DNA of 60,282 bases, the filler included, from Rhizaria sp. SCN 62-66 (Eukaryota), in the NCBI GenBank assembly GCA_001724265.1. It is 6 parts of 6 records of this genome, joined end to end, with 100 filler letters (N's around TTAATTAATTAA, not from the genome) between each part and the next. Parts side by side here need not be neighbours in the genome. Positions count along the whole stretch, not along the records: positions 49,031 to 60,282 come from MEDY01000591.1; 5 more parts are not named here. One strand, given 5' to 3'. Each line of letters opens with the position of its first letter. The stretch's first letter is position 1. Both the position numbers and the translations under genes were made by a program. The notes beneath the pieces are model-generated. The model was given only the letters and a program-made list of their open reading frames with translations, was not told where the DNA came from and did no database searches. Below are positions 57,809-60,282 of the stretch, in pieces.

Positions 57809-60282
57809 ATGGAGGAGCGAAGGAGCCGCGAGGGGGGGAGATCACTCGCCGTCCTGCTCGTTGGTGCCCTGTTGGCTAGTTTGTTTGTGCAAGGTGCGAA
57901 TGGGCGCGGGATTTCAGAGAATGCTGATGTGGTCGCTCCACAGCCGCACAAAGCGCACGCGTAGACGCAATCGATGCCACCTACACAAGGTCGTCCGACC
58001 CTGATACGATCCATAAAAACGTTGAGCTGTGCTATGATACGTGGTTTCTTTTTATTCCCGTGCCTATCTGTGATTCCTACACATTTACGCAAGGCAGTGG
58101 GTCAGCACCAACGAGCGTCGCCTACTACAAATTCAACCTCGCCATTCAAACGGTTCGTTTATAAATATATCAATTGCTACTGACTCATAATGCTTTAGTC
58201 CAATCCTGCGCTCTTTTGCGCAACAGGCACACCGCGGTTATACCTCAGCTATGTGTCGACGGAACCTTCAAGCTTGAGAAGCAATGTCATAGTCGACGTA
58301 CCAAGGGTCCCAGTGTACGTTGTAATATTTCATGCGATTGCTTTATTGACTTGAGATGCAGCAACTTTACAACGGTGACATGGAATAATCAGCCTCCACT
58401 CGATGATTCCGCCGCGCGCGTCAACGCCGGATACACTGAGTGCGCATGTGCGTTCACGGGTTTCGTAGTCTAACATCCGGTTCACAAAGCGAGGGTGATT
58501 GGTACTATTCTGTGCCTTTGACGCCGCCAGACTTTCTCAACACCGCCGTTCGCCAATCGAACAGCGCGGTGCGTTTCCGCTGTGTGATTGAGGCGACATT
58601 TTAACACGACGATTGTCAAGTAACCATTCGAAATTTCTATTCGCACGACATCAGTGTGTTGTGGGAGACGCATGTATCCCGCAGTGGAAGATACAAACCA
58701 TTCCTGTCGTTTGACTACACCACGTGCGATCCGAATGCGACATGTACCAATGGCGCGTGCGTCTGCAACCAGTATTACAGCGGCTCCGAAACGTCGTGCA
58801 CCTGTACGCGCATCCCGCACATCATATGTTACTAATGATAATTTCAAGATACCGCGTGCAATGGCATCACCATGGGCAACGCGAACTTTTCCCTGACAGA
58901 GTCCGACACGACCGCCAACGGCACCTGCTTAAGTGGTTTTACTGGATCGCCAACAGCCGTTTGCAACAACAAAGTCTGGGGTGCCGTGTCCAATCCTTGC
59001 ACTCGTACGCACATCACGCGATGTTGCGTTTGCTGACATGCAATATAGCTTCATCATGCCCCGCTGACAATACAAGCCATGTCGGCAGCGCAACCTATCC
59101 GCTAACAAACGGTGGTGAGTGGGCAAATGGAACATGCCTTTCGGGCTATGCGGGGTCTGCTACTCGTCGGTGCCAAAGCGACGGCGTGTGGGCGACTTCA
59201 GCCTTGACATCGTGCACTCGCCTGCTTTGCGAGGCGACTACAATGGGCAACGCCTACTTTCCAGATACGGATAGCTTGACGAGCGGATATGGTACTTGTT
59301 TTACCGGCTATTCGGGATCTCCTTCAAGCAGCTGCTCTGCGTCGGGCACGTGGGGCGAAGTTACTTCGCCTTGCGTTCGTACGCGCCGTTGTTGTTGTTT
59401 TTAATTGACCTCTAATGTTGTCTTTTGTAGGAAACACGTGTGACAGTTTCGCCGATTCCTTGAACAATGTCATCTGGCCCCAGACCTCCTCGCTCACTAC
59501 TGCGGTTGGCACGTGTTCCTCTGGCTTTGAAGGTGCACCGGAGCGCGAATGCTTGGCATCCGGTGAGTGGTCGCCGCAGATATCTGGTGAGTGCGTTTCC
59601 CTTGCGTGCCCCGAGGATTCCTTGTTCCAGAATGCCGCATGGCCATCGACGAATGGAGGCTCTTATGGTACTGGCGTTTGCATCGCCGGGTACTTTGGGT
59701 CGCCGCAGAGACAGTGTCAACTTGACGGCACGTGGTCGTCGACGGTTTCGCCAATTTGCAATCGCTACTATTGCGTCGCCGGAACGTTTGATAACGCAGC
59801 ATGGCCGGCAAACACGCCTTCAATGACAACGGCCACCGGCTACTGCGTTTCCGGCTATACCGGCACTCCTTCGCGCGCCTGTCAAGCTGACGGCCAATGG
59901 GCATCGACGGTGACCAATCCATGTGTGCAAATGTTCTGCCCCGTCGCGCAAGAATCCTTCGCTAATTGGCCGCACACGCCCGCCTTTTCCAAGTCTGTGT
60001 CTGGCGAGTGCATTTCCGGCTACAGCGGCAACCCTACGCGCGACTGCAGCGCGTACGGCGATTGGCTCGCGGTGTCAAATCCTTGCACGATTACCCGCTG
60101 CGCAGCCGTGACGGAAGGCAATGCCACGTGGCCGGCCGCCGACGCGTTTGCCATGGTTTCCGGCGCATGTGATGCACAGTACGTTGGCAGTCCGAGCCGC
60201 ACGTGCGGCCCCGACGGCACATTCGGCGAGATCATCAACCCATGTCAGCGCATCACGTGCCCTGCAGGCGTGGCGGGCAATG
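57809..60282 (+). CDS. Secreted or receptor protein with tandem Cys-rich (Sushi/HRM-like) repeats; many short introns; 3' end runs off the window
   Basis: Signal peptide (SLAVLLVGALLASLFVQ). About 57-aa repeats of the form G.C..GY.GSP.R.C...G.W....NPC....C......NA.WP.T. This repeat style is typical of unicellular holozoan receptor kinases. Confidence 0.75.

Overview
This is eukaryotic (protist-like) genomic DNA. It is not continuous: six contigs are joined by five artificial 100-nt linkers (44 N + TTAATTAATTAA + 44 N). Contigs 1-3 and 5 are GC-rich, with GT-AG introns and proteins inflated by poly-A/Q/G and HG repeats. They encode a tandem lambda-repressor-like HTH protein, GUCD1, a broken kinase/Sel1/PUL stretch, a UPF1-like SF1 helicase, RPB9, cytochrome b5, a CDGSH protein, ACL4, an F-BAR/2xSH3 protein, a multi-TM protein, the RPL11 3' end, a LIN54/tesmin protein, proteasome alpha-3 and tRNA-Arg(ACG). 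Contig 4 holds a long, interrupted gene containing a degenerate intein (Hint + LAGLIDADG). Contig 6 looks like a different genome. It carries an intact TIR DNA transposon with an unusual zinc-finger/DDE-like/RING transposase, plus MCUR1-like, MALSU1/RsfS, TPR and Cys-repeat receptor genes. The main leads are: (1) possible reassignment of UAG to a sense codon (probably Leu) in the contig 1-5 organism; (2) the intact, poorly classified transposon; (3) the splicing-dead intein/homing endonuclease; and (4) the eukaryotic tandem XRE-HTH regulator. All family assignments come from motif recognition by eye, without database searches.
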